A DNA stretch of 63,394 nucleotides, the filler included, from Craspedostauros australis (taxonomy: Eukaryota): NCBI GenBank assembly GCA_030167865.1. It is 16 parts of 16 records of this genome, joined end to end, with 100 filler letters (N's around TTAATTAATTAA, not from the genome) between each part and the next. Parts side by side here need not be neighbours in the genome. Positions count along the whole stretch, not along the records: positions 1 to 19,598 come from JALAGF010001615.1; 15 more parts are not named here. One strand, given 5' to 3'. Every line of letters starts with the position of its first letter. Position 1 is the first letter of the stretch. Positions 1-12,837 of the stretch are shown in pieces. The translations under genes and the position numbers were made by a program. Below the pieces are notes generated by a model. That model saw nothing but the letters and a program-made list of their open reading frames with translations. It was not told the DNA's origin and did not search any database.

Positions 1-619
1 CACCAAGGATCATGTCTGAGAGGCTTGGGACGGTCTCGAACATGTCATTCTCATCTCTTCTCCATCCACATTCGCTCTTGTTGGGATGTTCTTCCAAGGC
101 GACGAAATGAACATGAATGATGAACAGAGAATGAAGAATGCATGGAGAATGCATGGAGAATGCATGAAGCAGCCTCCCTGACGGATACATCACCGGCATG
201 GGTGTGAAGGCCACCAAAACAGACAAGAGAGAGAGAGAGAGAGATGAAGGACCACATGCAAGGTTTCGCCCAAGATCTCGCTCAAGGTCTCGACATGTAC
301 ATGATCTGCAGGGTAAGCGCACGCAACACTTGGAAAGGTGATCATGATTGGATGGAGAGGATTGCACGGATGATAGAGTGAGCAGAGAGGGAACGGACTG
401 AAGACAATCGCAGATCTTGAATCCGAGTAGAGTGCATCAGACTAAAGTGTTACCATTACTGTATCTCCAGATTCGTGGTGAACATGGACAAGTACTCTCT
501 AACAACGACTTCGTGCTCTCAAAGCGGTTCAGTGCAGTGCGTATGGTTGCGCCATCCGCCGGAGACGATCGTTGATCCTAACAGGAACACCTTCACCCTG
601 CGATGCATTGGTGGATGTC

Positions 620-3600
620 CTACGCTTCCTGCGTGCAGGTGGATGCACCCTCATCAAACTCACCGTCGTCGTGGATGATATCTTGCGAAGCATTGGCGGT
701 TGTCTCCACGCGTGCACCAGTAGCTCCACCGACAACTTGATCTTCGTTCGTGATCTCCTGGACGTACGTACGCACCATATCCATACCCTTGACGGCCCAT
801 TCCTTTCGATTCTTGGTGGCGTAGCTCAAGCATTCCCCGCCAGCAACGCCGAACACCTGGTACTTGTCCATCTCTCTTGCCAGAGGGATTACGTACTCGT
901 CAAAGAAAGTAAGTTCGGCCTCATACCACCCAGTGGAAGGATCGACGGGATCTCTCCCCATCTCGTACGCCAAGTACATCTCTTCAAATAGGCGCCGGTT
1001 CCATTTCTGATACACGTGCCAGTCTGTTGTTATGGTCGTTGCCATTGTGGGACGTCGATGGGATGCAGCGAGCGATAGTCGTGCCGAAGGCAAAAAGCAA
1101 GTCGCAGAAGTGTAGCACGTGTCGTGGCGAGCAAAATGAGGCCGGAGTCATGCAGATGACGCGAGAGAATGGAGAAGAGCAAGATCGCCGGTGAGTTGCA
1201 TCGCGATTCATTCTGCACTGCTGGTATCATATTTGCTGCTCATTGCAAACCGGGCTCATACAAGCAGTGATCGATGCCACGACTTCACGCCGCACAATGT
1301 GCAAGTATGGCAGACAGCGTACTTACGTTGCATGGTGTGCAAAATGTTCGATGCTTGCATAATCTGTTCCATCATGAGATTGGCACGGAGCTCAGGGATC
1401 ATCACGTGCAATAACCCATCGACGGAATCCCCGCGTTTCTTGACAACGTTGCTGTCGCCAACGCCACCATTGACATCGTCGTTGCATCCGCCGTCGTTTG
1501 CACTGTCCAATGTGCGAGCATTCGGACGGCATTCAAAATTACCATGTTGGTCTTGGAACACTTCTTTCTTGCTCGGGCCAGCAGTGTCCCACTGGTGATC
1601 CCTGGCCTCCTTCAATTTGTCGTTGTAGATGTCAGTGGACATGATGCAGACCGTCACGATTTGTCGGAGTTTCGTCATATCTGCCGGTGTTGCGAAGAGA
1701 ACATTGCGGAGATCGTCGAAGGTGTCTTCGAGGAGCATCTCCCATGCTACATCCAGCGCATGCTTCTTCGCGATGTCTTTGTAGTCGTACTTGGATGCCA
1801 GGTGGTGATTCTCTTTCACCAGCACGGAATTTGGGACGCCTGGATGAGCAATGCCGTACACCAAAGTTGCGAATATCACGCCGAACTGAGTCAGCGGGTT
1901 CGTCAGGCACACTCTATCGTTCAAAGTCTCCGCAGGCTGGTCGAGGATCTTGGAAAGGAACTTCGACGCCCCCATGGAGACGCTGCACGATCGAACGAAG
2001 TTGTGGAATGGGTTCGTTGATTTGTGCGCGTATGCAATCTGCTCCACGTACAGTCGTAGCTGCTTCACGACGGCAGCATCAATCATATTGCCCGGGTGAT
2101 GCGTCGATTGTTGCTTTGCCAATTTCTTGGAGCGAGAAGGCGAGGCCCGTTTCGATTCAGATGACTGTCTCCGGTGCGTGGGCTGTGAGATCGTCGCACT
2201 AAATTGTGCGGATGTATCGAGAGGATTAATCCCGTTCTCCGTGTCTAAAGCAGGAGGGTTCATTGCGGCCGCGATACGGCGGAGGTACCGCTTGAGCAAA
2301 TCCGTTTGCCAGTCAATGAGCCTGCTAATGTCGACGTCGGCGCTGCTGGCGAAGATGCCACCACGTGCGCTATCATTCCGTTCGCTCAACGACTGACGCC
2401 GTGTGCTGAACTCGGATTTGCCAGAGGTGGCGGAAATGCGAGGAGGTAGCGACGGAGCTGTCACATTGAGGAACTCCACATGTTTTGGTGTGAGGTTCAA
2501 CCAATACTGCGGAGACATTGTTGTGGTCAAGCCAGGGCATGGGCATGGGATCGTGCATGTAAGATTTACGCAAAGCGCACGAATGCCAATCAGGCCAGCA
2601 CAACAAGTGCGATGGCATCACGGCGTGGAACAAGCAGAGTTGTTGGGTGCGCACAGAATACGTATGTGTGATGGTGTGAGGGTACGAGGATGGCACGAGC
2701 ATTCATGAAAAGACCATCGGGGCACTTGGAATCGAAGCCTGGCGCTGCATACTCGTGTACACATGGGCCAAATCATTGCGCAGTTCACGCGCGAGACATA
2801 TCAGTACGTACCGTTTGCACTTCGCCGAGACCCTTTGCTTGAACTTTGTCCTCTCGGCTATCAAGCCAGCTTCCCTTCTTGGCGGCAAAGATCAAATCTG
2901 CAGTCGATTGGGATATCTGGATGCGTCCACGTCGGCTCGTGCTCTCCATGCGCGATGCCGTGTTCATCGTATCTCCAAAGAGTTGGAATCGTGATTTCTC
3001 GCCCGACAGCACCCCGCCGATGACCGGGCCGCTGTGGATACCGATGCGCAAAGAGAGGGTGCTGGTGTCGGGTCCAAGCACTGTTTCCAGTTTCTTCGAA
3101 AGGGTGTACATGTTGAAGAGGATATCTTGAGCGAATTTGCCCATCCGGACGGCGTGGTCCGCCTGAGGGTCAGGAAGGCCAGTGCAGGCGACGTAGCAAT
3201 CGCCGATGGTCTCCACCTTGAAGACATGCCGTCGCTTGGCAATACGATCGAATCGTCTGTACAAAGTTTGCAGCAACGTGAACACCATGCCAGGCTCTCG
3301 TTGGGAACTCCAGGCGGTGAAACCGACGATGTCAGCAAAGAGCACCGAAGTATCGGGGAAGAAATCGGCGATTGGTTGATCGAGGAGAAAGCTCTGCCCG
3401 GCCATTTCCAATTCGGCGTCGTTTCCTTGCTTCAGCGTGACGATGTTGCGCAACTGATCGAGAGGCTTGAACAGCACCGAGTTGCGGCGGGGCATGGGCG
3501 CGGCTGGTCGATTCGAAAGCTGCAATGATGGATCGTCGATGGTTGGAGCGACGAACGATGACGCGGTTTGCGGATTCCTTGACGATGCGAATAATCGATC

Positions 3601-5797
3601 TTGCACGCTGCTCGGGAACAGCGACGAAACGATGGCATTGGATCGCAATGCAATCTTCATTATCCTTGTTTGACGTTTCTGCACAGTGCAATCATAGATT
3701 TGAAACAAGAGGATTGCAAAGAGGAAGACAGCGCCCACGACCATCGACGAATGCAATGGTTGAATCGTGATGTACTCGTCTTCCACGGTCTTGCTGGGGT
3801 AGACCCGCAACGTGAATGGGCATTCGGCGTAATCCATGGTCACTCCAATCGTAGAAAATGCGTCTGTAGTTGACGATGAGCTGCCCAATACATACGCTGT
3901 CTCCATGGACGCTCCGTACCTCTGGTCATGCAGGTCGCCCGGGCCAAGGGAAGCTGCTGTCGGCCCGTCCAAGTTCAAGGTGTGCGCCTTTCCATGTCCA
4001 TCTTCGATGACGCAAACGAAGCCGACGTCCTCAGGCGGCAGGATGCCGGACAGCAGTATTGACCAATCGACGAAGGCGATTAGAACGGCCACCACTTTTC
4101 GGTCGTCTTTCTGTGTGTGATGATCGTCAAAGATCGGATAGTACATCAGGCTGATCGCCTTGCTTTCGTCACGCCCATTTGATGTCGCTTGGGAACCAGC
4201 GCCGTCGATGATGGCATGGACGAGAGTGTTGCCAACGTCTTTCTGACCGGCTCCGTTGCCATCGATAATACTGGAAAGGCTGGCTGTCCCGGCTTCGACC
4301 GATCGCAGCAGGTCGTCAACGAATAACTCATCAGATGCCAAGTTGTAATTGATCAGGGGATGCGCCAGCGGGTGTGCCTGCCACAGGGGATAGTGTGGAG
4401 CTGGCTCAGTCTCCACAAGCCTCTCAACAGGAGTTGTTTCAGAGCCATCTTCGTTTGGTTGAGGATCTGCCGCTTTCCAAATCCAGTCATAAATGCCGTC
4501 TTGATACGAGGCAGGATCGAAATCATCCAAGGTGATACCCATTCTCCTTTGTGCGTCTGTGAGTTGCTGCCGCTCAGCCTCTCGCGTTTCGAGGCCCCAA
4601 TTGAGAGAATCAAGTATCCATCCGCGGTTGTCGACGGCGTATGACTCCCACTGCGTTCGTTGTGCAGCAAGCGGAACCGTGACGATTCCATGCGAGCCTG
4701 ATTGCCTCAGCGCGGAAGTCGCGTGAAGGTGAAAGTCAGGTAGTGTGACGTTCTGTTTGAAAATGAGGACAAGGGAAGGCAGCCGATGGGGAGAGAAGAC
4801 GATGAGTGCATCCACATCAGGCATGTACCATCAAGTGAAAGCATGAAATGGGCCAATGCCACCGACGGCATGAAGAGGGTTACACGCCCAAGCATTGGCA
4901 CGCACGGTTTTGCAGTGCGGTAGAATAGGAAACGCAAATACAAGCGCATGGAGTGGAACGGATGATGGCAGTTGCAAGTTAGAGATTGTGAGGTTGTGAC
5001 GTTGAAACGCGTTGGATCGTGACGAGCCGGAATGAAATCTGATGGCATGTATCGTGTACGACATTCCGCACCAAGAATTGTACCACCCAGGTGTGAAACT
5101 GATCGCAGCATCAGGGGCCCTGGCGAGAAATAAGTCAGTCACTGACGTTGACACGAATGCGCATGCCGCCACCTGTCATGGAACGTACCGGCCAGACGGA
5201 ACCCGTGGCTTTGGCATGAGACGTGAATTGAGACGACAACGAATCGATGGCACCGATTTGGTGTTCGAAATGTATTTGGAACGACTGGATGATCATGTTG
5301 GAGCGGTCATCGACGTTGGTCTCGAACTGATCTCGCTCGTCCTGTTCGATGCGATGATGCACCAGCCAGCCGAGGCAGATGGTGAGGCAGAGCAGAGCGA
5401 GCATGAAGATGAGCTTGAGCCATCGCAGGCGCTTGATGGATCTGGTGTCGATGAGCTGGTTGGTGACATCCACATCGGTCTCGCTGCCATGCTGACTGCT
5501 GTCGCCGGACAGCAAGCTCGCTCGCACGAACTGCGTTGAAGAATTCAAACCTCGAAGGACGTGGGACACATCCCACAACCGTCTGTGCGACTGGTCTTGA
5601 CCGAAGGCTGCAGTGGCTGCTGTGGCGTCGGAGTTTCCGCAGCCGTTTAAAGCGCGGCTGCTCCTCGTCTTCCTCATGGAGTGATCATCGTCGAGGTCCT
5701 TCAGGAAGGAGCAGCTGCTGCCGCTGGCTTCTTCATCGTCCATGGATTCGATCGAGTGTTCTGCCGTTGGCGGGGACTCCTCCTGTCGGAACTTCAT
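620..5797 (-). CDS. Membrane class III adenylate/guanylate cyclase with sensor region and C-terminal degenerate cyclic-nucleotide phosphodiesterase domain; 4 exons (5797-5189, 4752-2812, 2506-1327, 1023-620), ~1377 aa
   Basis: Four ORFs join through GT..AG introns (5188-4753, 2811-2507, 1326-1024) giving WP|NVTLPDF, QT|YWL and MQH|WHVYQKWN; spliced length 4134 nt is divisible by 3. Two hydrophobic TM segments; cyclase motifs VLFADIVGFT, KVETIGDCYVA, RIGIHSGPV, LFGDTMNTASRMES; PDE-like NPFHNF, HPGVPN, STDI, FFDEYVIPLA. Confidence 0.9.
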
Positions 5798-5952
5798 CCT
5801 TCGTCGGCTCTCTGGCGTTTGCTATTGTGGTATGTCGTGTGGTGTGTATGGTGTGGTGCGATGTACGTTCCCTCCAGTTCCGTTCCCTCTCTCGCTGTCG
5901 CTGTTTCTGTGCCCTGGTTCGTTGTGATGGCGATAGAACCAATGCGCTCTCT

Positions 5953-6003
5953 CACAGTGCTGTTGACAGTGCTGTTGACAGTGCTGTTGACAGTGCTGTT
6001 GAC
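5953..6003 (+). repeat. 12-bp tandem repeat (cagtgctgttga) x~4 upstream of the cyclase gene
   Basis: Directly visible near-perfect tandem copies. Confidence 0.9.
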
Positions 6004-7748
6004 GGTGAGGTCGTTACTGTTGTGTTGGTGCAGGTGATGCCGTTGACCTTGCTCTGACACTTGCGCTCGATCTGGTTGTGCTGTGTCGTGTTGTGTCACG
6101 GGAGCTGCGAATGAGCGTGGTTGCTCCTTCCCTTGGCTTCCTTGCCTGCCGATGCCCGTGCCTCCAACAGTGCCGCTCGGCCAGAGATTGTTCGCTTCCG
6201 TCTTCTGTTGCTTGTGCGCAGCAACTGCTTCTCATGGAATGATGCTTCGCGATTGACAATGTCTCGCTCTCTCTGCGCCCCATCCGTCGGTGATGGGAAG
6301 GCCTTCCCTCTTTCTCCACAAAGCGGCAAGTTCCCCTGAAGGAAGAAGCGCTGCACGGCCATGCTCGCACTCGTTGCCAGGCGAGCTGGTGCCTCCCGCC
6401 TTCGCTTGACAACATGGCGATGGCGCCACCAGCGAGCGTGGACGCCAACCCATCAACCACAACCCACCGACACATGTTCATCTTCGAGACTCGATGACCG
6501 CTCTTCGCGACAAGTGACAAAAGGACCCTCCCAGGTCATCTCTCATCACCACGGCTCGTGGCAAAGAGATGGCGAGATGAAGCGGGATGGATGAAAAGGC
6601 GCCTCCGGATCGATGTCCCTCGACATTTCTATGGAACGCAAGGTTCACCCAACCAAGAAGAAGAAGAGAGAGGCGGAAACGCACTTTTGGCGTCAATCAA
6701 AGAACCTCGAACCTTCGCCAGAACAAGTTACGGGACTGGATGATTCCTCGTGACTCAACACATTCACAAAACTTCCTTCACGGTCGCAGAACCTCAAGGA
6801 ACTTCGGCAACAACTGTGCTCACAAATCTCCACGCAACTCATCACGCGAAAATGCGCCTAACCGTGGAGTGTTGCAAAACACGCCGAACTGGAGCGCACA
6901 GTCGTACGCACCCGTAGGTATCGCATGAACATACCCGTGCAATCATGTTATAATGCATTGCCGGAGATTGATGTCGTGGCCACAGAAGGTGTTGTGCGAT
7001 GGCACAGGTAATGCAACGAATCCACTCGATCCGTGCAACAGTGCGTACGGGTAATGGGAGACGTGCAATAGTCGTAGCTCGCAAGGGAACAGGATGGGAT
7101 GGAATTGGGTAGCTCGTTCATGACAAACTCGCTTGCTCCACCCCTGGTGACGGAACAATTGCATGGGACCTGTTGGCCCTTGCCCACAAGACCTGCCAAG
7201 TCGTGAAGTTCGATGCGGAGACGGGTGGTTGCCATCGTGTCCGGTCGACTCCAAGCGACGACGACGACGACTACAGGTCGAATATGGAGAGTCGACACAG
7301 CCTATGCATCCCCACGTCTCTGGCCTCCACAACAATGATCTTGCCATGTTGTTGTATCGGCAATGCTGTCATCTCTCCACCCACATATGGCAGAGGGCTC
7401 TACTCGTACTATACTGGACAATGCTCTGAGTGCTGCTGTTGACAGTGTGCCTCGGTCATCGCTGCTTGTTGACTCAATCACTTGGCGAAGAGCGATGGGG
7501 AAGGCAAAGAAGGCCTGACTCTGATGGTGACGTCCACAAATGAAAAGGAAACGAAGGGAAACAGACCAAGCGTGCAGCCACACAATACAACCAGACACAT
7601 CAACAGCCAACAAGCAACGGACTCAAACCACAAAATTCAATTGTAATTATCTGATTACAACCACCATTACAATCGCACTGCTCAGCCTCTGGATCTATCC
7701 CTTGGCTTGTGGCCAGGTGGAGACTGACGGCTGCTCTGTTGCTACAAT

Positions 7749-8865
7749 AGTGGATGTGGAATGTTAAAAGATGGAGGAGCGAGATGCTATCCATCTCACG
7801 TTTGAAGATGAAATGAGGGAAGGGCCACACTGGTATGATATGGTGGTGTGCTGGAGTGGTGTCGACTGCGTCGTCAAGCAGTCCATCAATGGCACTGGTG
7901 GTGGCAATGGTAACAGCAGTGGTGATGGAAATGGCAGTGGTATTGGTATTGCACAGTCTTCAGCAGGCAACGAATGCAATTCGGTGGCTGTGTACTCCAG
8001 TATTCGCATCTGGTACGCCATCCAGGATATTGCCAAAGAGGACAGCACCAGTAGCAGCGGTGACCAAATGAACACAATGGAACAAGGTTGCATCCTGCAG
8101 CAACACTTTGGCAACAGCACCTACTGCCTCACTGGCAACTACAGTAACGATATCAAGCGTGACACCACCAGATGCTGCTTCATCATCTTCCGCAATGCCT
8201 TGTCCTTCTCCAAGCCTGCTGCCAGAATGGATGGCAAGAATGTCGCTTTGAAGGCGTCATCCAAGGCCGAGCGCATCCAGCAACAAATGCGACAGCAGAT
8301 CGACGATGCCAAGATCCCCACACGCACCACAAGGCCCATCATCGATCGACTCATCGACAAGGCCGATCATTTCTTCTAGTTGGGGATCTACTTCCACAAT
8401 CCCTTTGGGCGATGTACGAAGGCGACGATGGCCACCAACCGCACCCGCAGCCGCAATCGCAATCGCAATGGAAGCACCGGCGCAGATAAGGCCGCCGTCC
8501 TGACCGTCTGTGGTGATGCGGCGCACGCCATGCCACCATTTATTGGACAGGGCACCAATCAGGCCATCCAAGACGCCCACTGTCTGGCCAACGCCATTCA
8601 GCAGCATACCATTCAGTGCAATGGACAAGCCAATGGCAGGAACAGCCTCGAAGACATCCTACAGACAGAATACAAGGACAAGCGATGATCCACCATCGCG
8701 TCCACCACAACCATCACGGGCATCACGGCCAAGGCTGGTCTGCTGGGGTACATGGAGACCTCATCGGGGCCGTTGGCCAAGTTTCGGGATGTGGTCGTCT
8801 TCACCATGGACAAGACGGGCGTTGCGAAGAAGATCTTGTTGGATGCCGCAGTGCCGAGGATATGA
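7749..8865 (+). pseudogene. FAD-dependent monooxygenase (zeaxanthin epoxidase/salicylate hydroxylase-like) pseudogene, C-terminal half
   Basis: GDAAHAMPPFIGQGTNQAIQDA motif; in-frame stops at 8377-8379 and 8686-8688; N-terminal GxGxxG region absent. Confidence 0.85.
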
Positions 8866-9196
8866 GAATGTGTGGAGCGGTGCGGAATCGCGATGTGGTG
8901 CTGATAGGTTCTGTGGACGCTTTCGCTTGCTGTTAACAGACATTCCAGACTTCTCACCAACCACAGCGCGCAACCACAATCACCCAGCCATCTCCCTTGT
9001 CCCATCCTACTCATACCAGAACACATTCGCATGCACCAGATTATCAATATTGTCTTCGTGAGCTGTTCTAATTATTCGACGACCAGAGTTCTCGAAGGCC
9101 ATCCAGGATCTCATCAATCGTCGATGTGCCTTTCTTTTCCTCATCGCAAGCACAAACATCATCAACTTGGACGAGTTGATCTGCTCTCTTGTCATC

Positions 9197-10534
9197 TCAT
9201 GTCCACTTCAACATCTCACTGCCCTGCAACAGAATGTTGAAAGTCTCGCTCATGGGATCCATTGTACCCATTAGACCCTGTTCAAATAGTGTACCCAATA
9301 GACCCATTGCATCCGTTGGACCATGACATTTGCTTGTTCTCATCAGCATCTCTCCAAACAGGGCCAGTGGCCGTGACCATGTTGGAAGGGAACCCAGCAC
9401 TGCTCTCACCTTGTTGCGATGGTTTCGCCGCAAGATATGTTCAACAAGCGCATTGTACGAATGGACATGTTTGCCAGGCGGGCGTGGACAAATGTAGAGA
9501 TGGGTGAGCCGGGCATTCTGCTCCAAGGCTTGCTCAAGTGCTTCCATTTGTGTCAAGAGGGTCTCAGGCGGAACTTCAAACATGTCGGGATCCAAGAAGT
9601 CCCAGTATGCGAGATATGACAAGCCCTTGTTTCCCAGGAGCGATACCAAAGCGTCGAACCTTGCCATCTGCTCTTGTCGCGATGACCCAATCCCATTACA
9701 GGAAACGCTGAGCTCCTTCAGGTGTGATGTATCTGAAAGGAGTTTGATGATCTGGTCGATTTCTTGTCCGTCGTAGTCCTTACAGAACATGATGTTGAGC
9801 TTGTTGATGCGCTTGTTTGACTGGAATAGCTTTGCCAAGCTATCGCAAGTGATATGAGTGCATGAGAGGGATATTCCGGTGACGCTGCAATTGTTTGGAG
9901 ACAGCCATCTGCACAAATCAGCGCCCCCATTGGCGAGCTTACAGTTACTAAACTTAACCCACTTCGAGTTTTGGGAGATGTTGAACATGAGCTTATCGCA
10001 ATCAACAAGATCACATGAGTACAACTTCACACGATGTGTCACAAGAGGGATATCGTGGAGTTGCTTCATCTCCACGAAGTATTGAGTCAAGCGGATGCCG
10101 TCGGCCCATGGAGATTCGGGTGGGTGTTTGGCAGCCAATCGAAGTAAGAAGCGAATCACTTGCTTGACTTCTTCTCCAAACTGGCCAGAGCTACCGAATT
10201 CCAGATACAGGGATCGAATGCGCATCCGCCTGCAGCCACTGTACCACCAATTGCTCAGTAGAACATGAGGTGATAAAGCAAGGTGCTTGAGCTGCCGCTG
10301 CATCGATTTCAAGTCAGCAAAGGTGAATCCTGCTTCGATGGCCATGTCCCAGTATTCCATCCGCTTGGGTGTGACACTGTAGCAGTCGATCTGCTTTACT
10401 GGTGGGTAGTGCACATTGAACACGGTCTTTGGTGGCAGCTCTTTGCCCTGGAGTTGTTTCCAGAAAGTCTTGAAGTCTGGATCGTGATCGCGGTTGGTAT
10501 TGGTGGTGGCGACGGCATCCATGTTGAAATCCAT
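9197..10534 (-). CDS. RNI-like leucine-rich-repeat protein, paralog 1 (445 aa)
   Basis: Intact ORF; repeated xxLxLxx strands (IRSLYLEF, INKLNIMF, LKELSVS, LTHLYI) alternating with helices; ALEQN..L..L / ILRRN..R C-terminal cap typical of diatom RNI-like families. Confidence 0.7.
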   Translation of the reverse strand: MDFNMDAVATTNTNRDHDPDFKTFWKQLQGKELPPKTVFNVHYPPVKQIDCYSVTPKRMEYWDMAIEAGFTFADLKSMQRQLKHLALSPHVLLSNWWYSGCRRMRIRSLYLEFGSSGQFGEEVKQVIRFLLRLAAKHPPESPWADGIRLTQYFVEMKQLHDIPLVTHRVKLYSCDLVDCDKLMFNISQNSKWVKFSNCKLANGGADLCRWLSPNNCSVTGISLSCTHITCDSLAKLFQSNKRINKLNIMFCKDYDGQEIDQIIKLLSDTSHLKELSVSCNGIGSSRQEQMARFDALVSLLGNKGLSYLAYWDFLDPDMFEVPPETLLTQMEALEQALEQNARLTHLYICPRPPGKHVHSYNALVEHILRRNHRNKVRAVLGSLPTWSRPLALFGEMLMRTSKCHGPTDAMGLLGTLFEQGLMGTMDPMSETFNILLQGSEMLKWT

Positions 10535-11458
10535 CTTGCTACGTGTTGTCGATGCTGGTTATTGTGGGGGCTGTCGATAGTGTTGGTTGCACAGCAGGCG
10601 GAGCAGGCAGGGTATGTAGTCCCAAATCAGTTGCGCTCGGATGGCGATTGTGAGCTCATCCGCTCAAGGTTGCTGTCCTCCATTTCATGATCCTGTGCAT
10701 TGATCACGAAGGGATCTATCGTCAGTCAACACGCCTGCATGGACATACGCAGTTCCACCAAGGTGTGTGGCGTGGTGTGGTGTAGTACAGCCACATCATG
10801 ATCCGAAGCTGGCTAGCTCGCTCGCTTGCACGATACGACCTTGGATGGTGCCCAACTTGGCCATACTTTGCAGTTGTGCTTCATCATGTGATACCATAGG
10901 TCGTGTAATATGAGTAGGCACATCCCTTTGTGATGGTCTTGGGGGAGTCAACCATTATGCCATACGAATGCATGCTATGTGCTTCGGCAGTTGCATGTGA
11001 TGGAACGACTGCGGTGAGCAGATCCACGATGTGAGAAATCCACGATTCTCGTGTTTTGTTGCGAGGATGACGATGACGATGTTGATGACACCACTCGTGT
11101 TTCAATTCGCCACAAACGTATCCAGGACTCATCTCGCCTCACCCAATCATTGCGAACTCTGTGGCGATGACGATGATGATGGCCATGGTGGTGCTGCAGA
11201 CATCGCCGTCGAATGCTGATGCAGATCGTCACAACTGCAACGCTCACATGATGATCACGGTCACCATCAAGTGTCTATCCACAGAGTACGTATACCAACA
11301 CTCTCTCGTTTCTCTCTGTTTCTTGAGAGAGACTTCGAACAATGCCGGCTGGTTGACTTGGTTCCTCACTCATCAATCGCCCAACCACAGAGACGGCCGC
11401 AACCAGAGGAATCACTACATTGGCAACAATGACACCAACGACACCAACGACGTGATTG

Positions 11459-12590
11459 ATGCATCAATAGAGGGTGATTGGTGCCATCTACATCGCGTGC
11501 ATGGTGATGGCAACGAACTCACTGTCATCCCCGTCATCCCCGTCATCCTCACTCCAACGCAGAAGCGAAGCAGCAGAAGCAACAGGAATGGGAATGAGAA
11601 CCACCAATCAATACGGAAGAATGCCGTGATCGGCGGCGGCATCGCTGGTCTCTCCTTGGCGCATGCCTTCGAGAACAACAACGGCGACGATGCACACAAC
11701 ATTGATGTGATATGCTTCGATGTGACATGCTTCGATGCGAGACCAGAATTGGACGTCGTCGCAGGTGCGGGTGTGCGGTTCAACGGTGGAATGGCGGTGC
11801 TCAAGCAGATCTCTCTGTCCCTGCAGCGTGCGGTGGTCGATGCCGCGCTGCCGTTGACGACCGTGTGATCCAAGACCACCAACTGGGTCTCATCCAACGA
11901 GGAGTTCCAGCTGCTGCAGTTCAATCTCAGACAGATGATCATGGATGCGGGCGGCGACACGACGAAGGCGCCGATCCAGGAGGATGGCAAGGTCATGGCG
12001 TACCATACTCCATCATGCGAGAAACATTGCAGGAGGTGCTGCAGGAGGAGCTGAAGACGACGCCTGTGCATCTTGGCAAGGTGATGAATGTGGAATGTCA
12101 AAAGACGAAGGCGCGAGATGCCATCCATCTCACATTTCAGGACGGGATGAGGGAAGGGCCGTACGATATGGTGGAGGGCTGTGATGGCGTCAACAGCGTT
12201 GTGAAGCAGTACATCAACGGCGATGCGCGGTCGCCATCAGACAATCAACGCAATTCGCCAGATGTGTACTCTGGTATCCGCATCCGGTACGCCATCCAGG
12301 ATGTCGCCAAAGAGGACAGCAACAGTGGCATCAGCAGCGTCGACGGAACGAACACAATGGCACAAGATTCCATCTTGCAGCAACACTTTGGCAACGGCGC
12401 CTGCTGCCTCACTGACAACTACGGTAACGGTATCAATCGTGATACCACCCGATGCTGCTTCATCATCTTCCGCAACGCCTTGCCCTTCCCCAAGCCCACC
12501 GCCAGTGAGGATGATGAGAACGTCGCTTGGAAGGCACCATCCAAGGCCGAGCGCATCCAGCAACAGATGTGACAGCAGATCGATGATGCC
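11459..12590 (+). pseudogene. FAD-dependent monooxygenase pseudogene, N-terminal/middle part
   Basis: VIGGGIAGLSLAHA dinucleotide-binding motif and GCDGVNSVVK (DG motif); stop at 11866-11868, frameshift, stop at 12570-12572; C-terminal part deleted. Confidence 0.85.
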
Positions 12591-12837
12591 ACCAACCACA
12601 ACACGCAATCACAATCACCCAGCCATCTCCCTTGTTCCATCCTACTCATAGTAGTACAACAACACATTCACATGCACCAGAATATCAATACTGTCTTCAT
12701 TAGACGTTCTAAGTACTCCACGAGCAGAGTATTCCAAAGCTATGTCGGATCGCATCAATCATCGATGTGTCTTTCTTTTCCACATCGCAAGCAGAAGCAC
12801 CATCAACTTGGACGAGCCGATCCGCTCTCTTGTCATC

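Noticed and set aside
1..470. Third copy of the host repeat (GA tract, gagaggattg)
   Set aside because: Only ~10-bp matches plus a microsatellite; not enough to claim homology.
5953..6003. CRISPR-like or miR-30-like (tgctgttgacagtg) sequence
   Set aside because: Head-to-tail 12-mer with no spacers, no hairpin partner and no cas genes; simple minisatellite.
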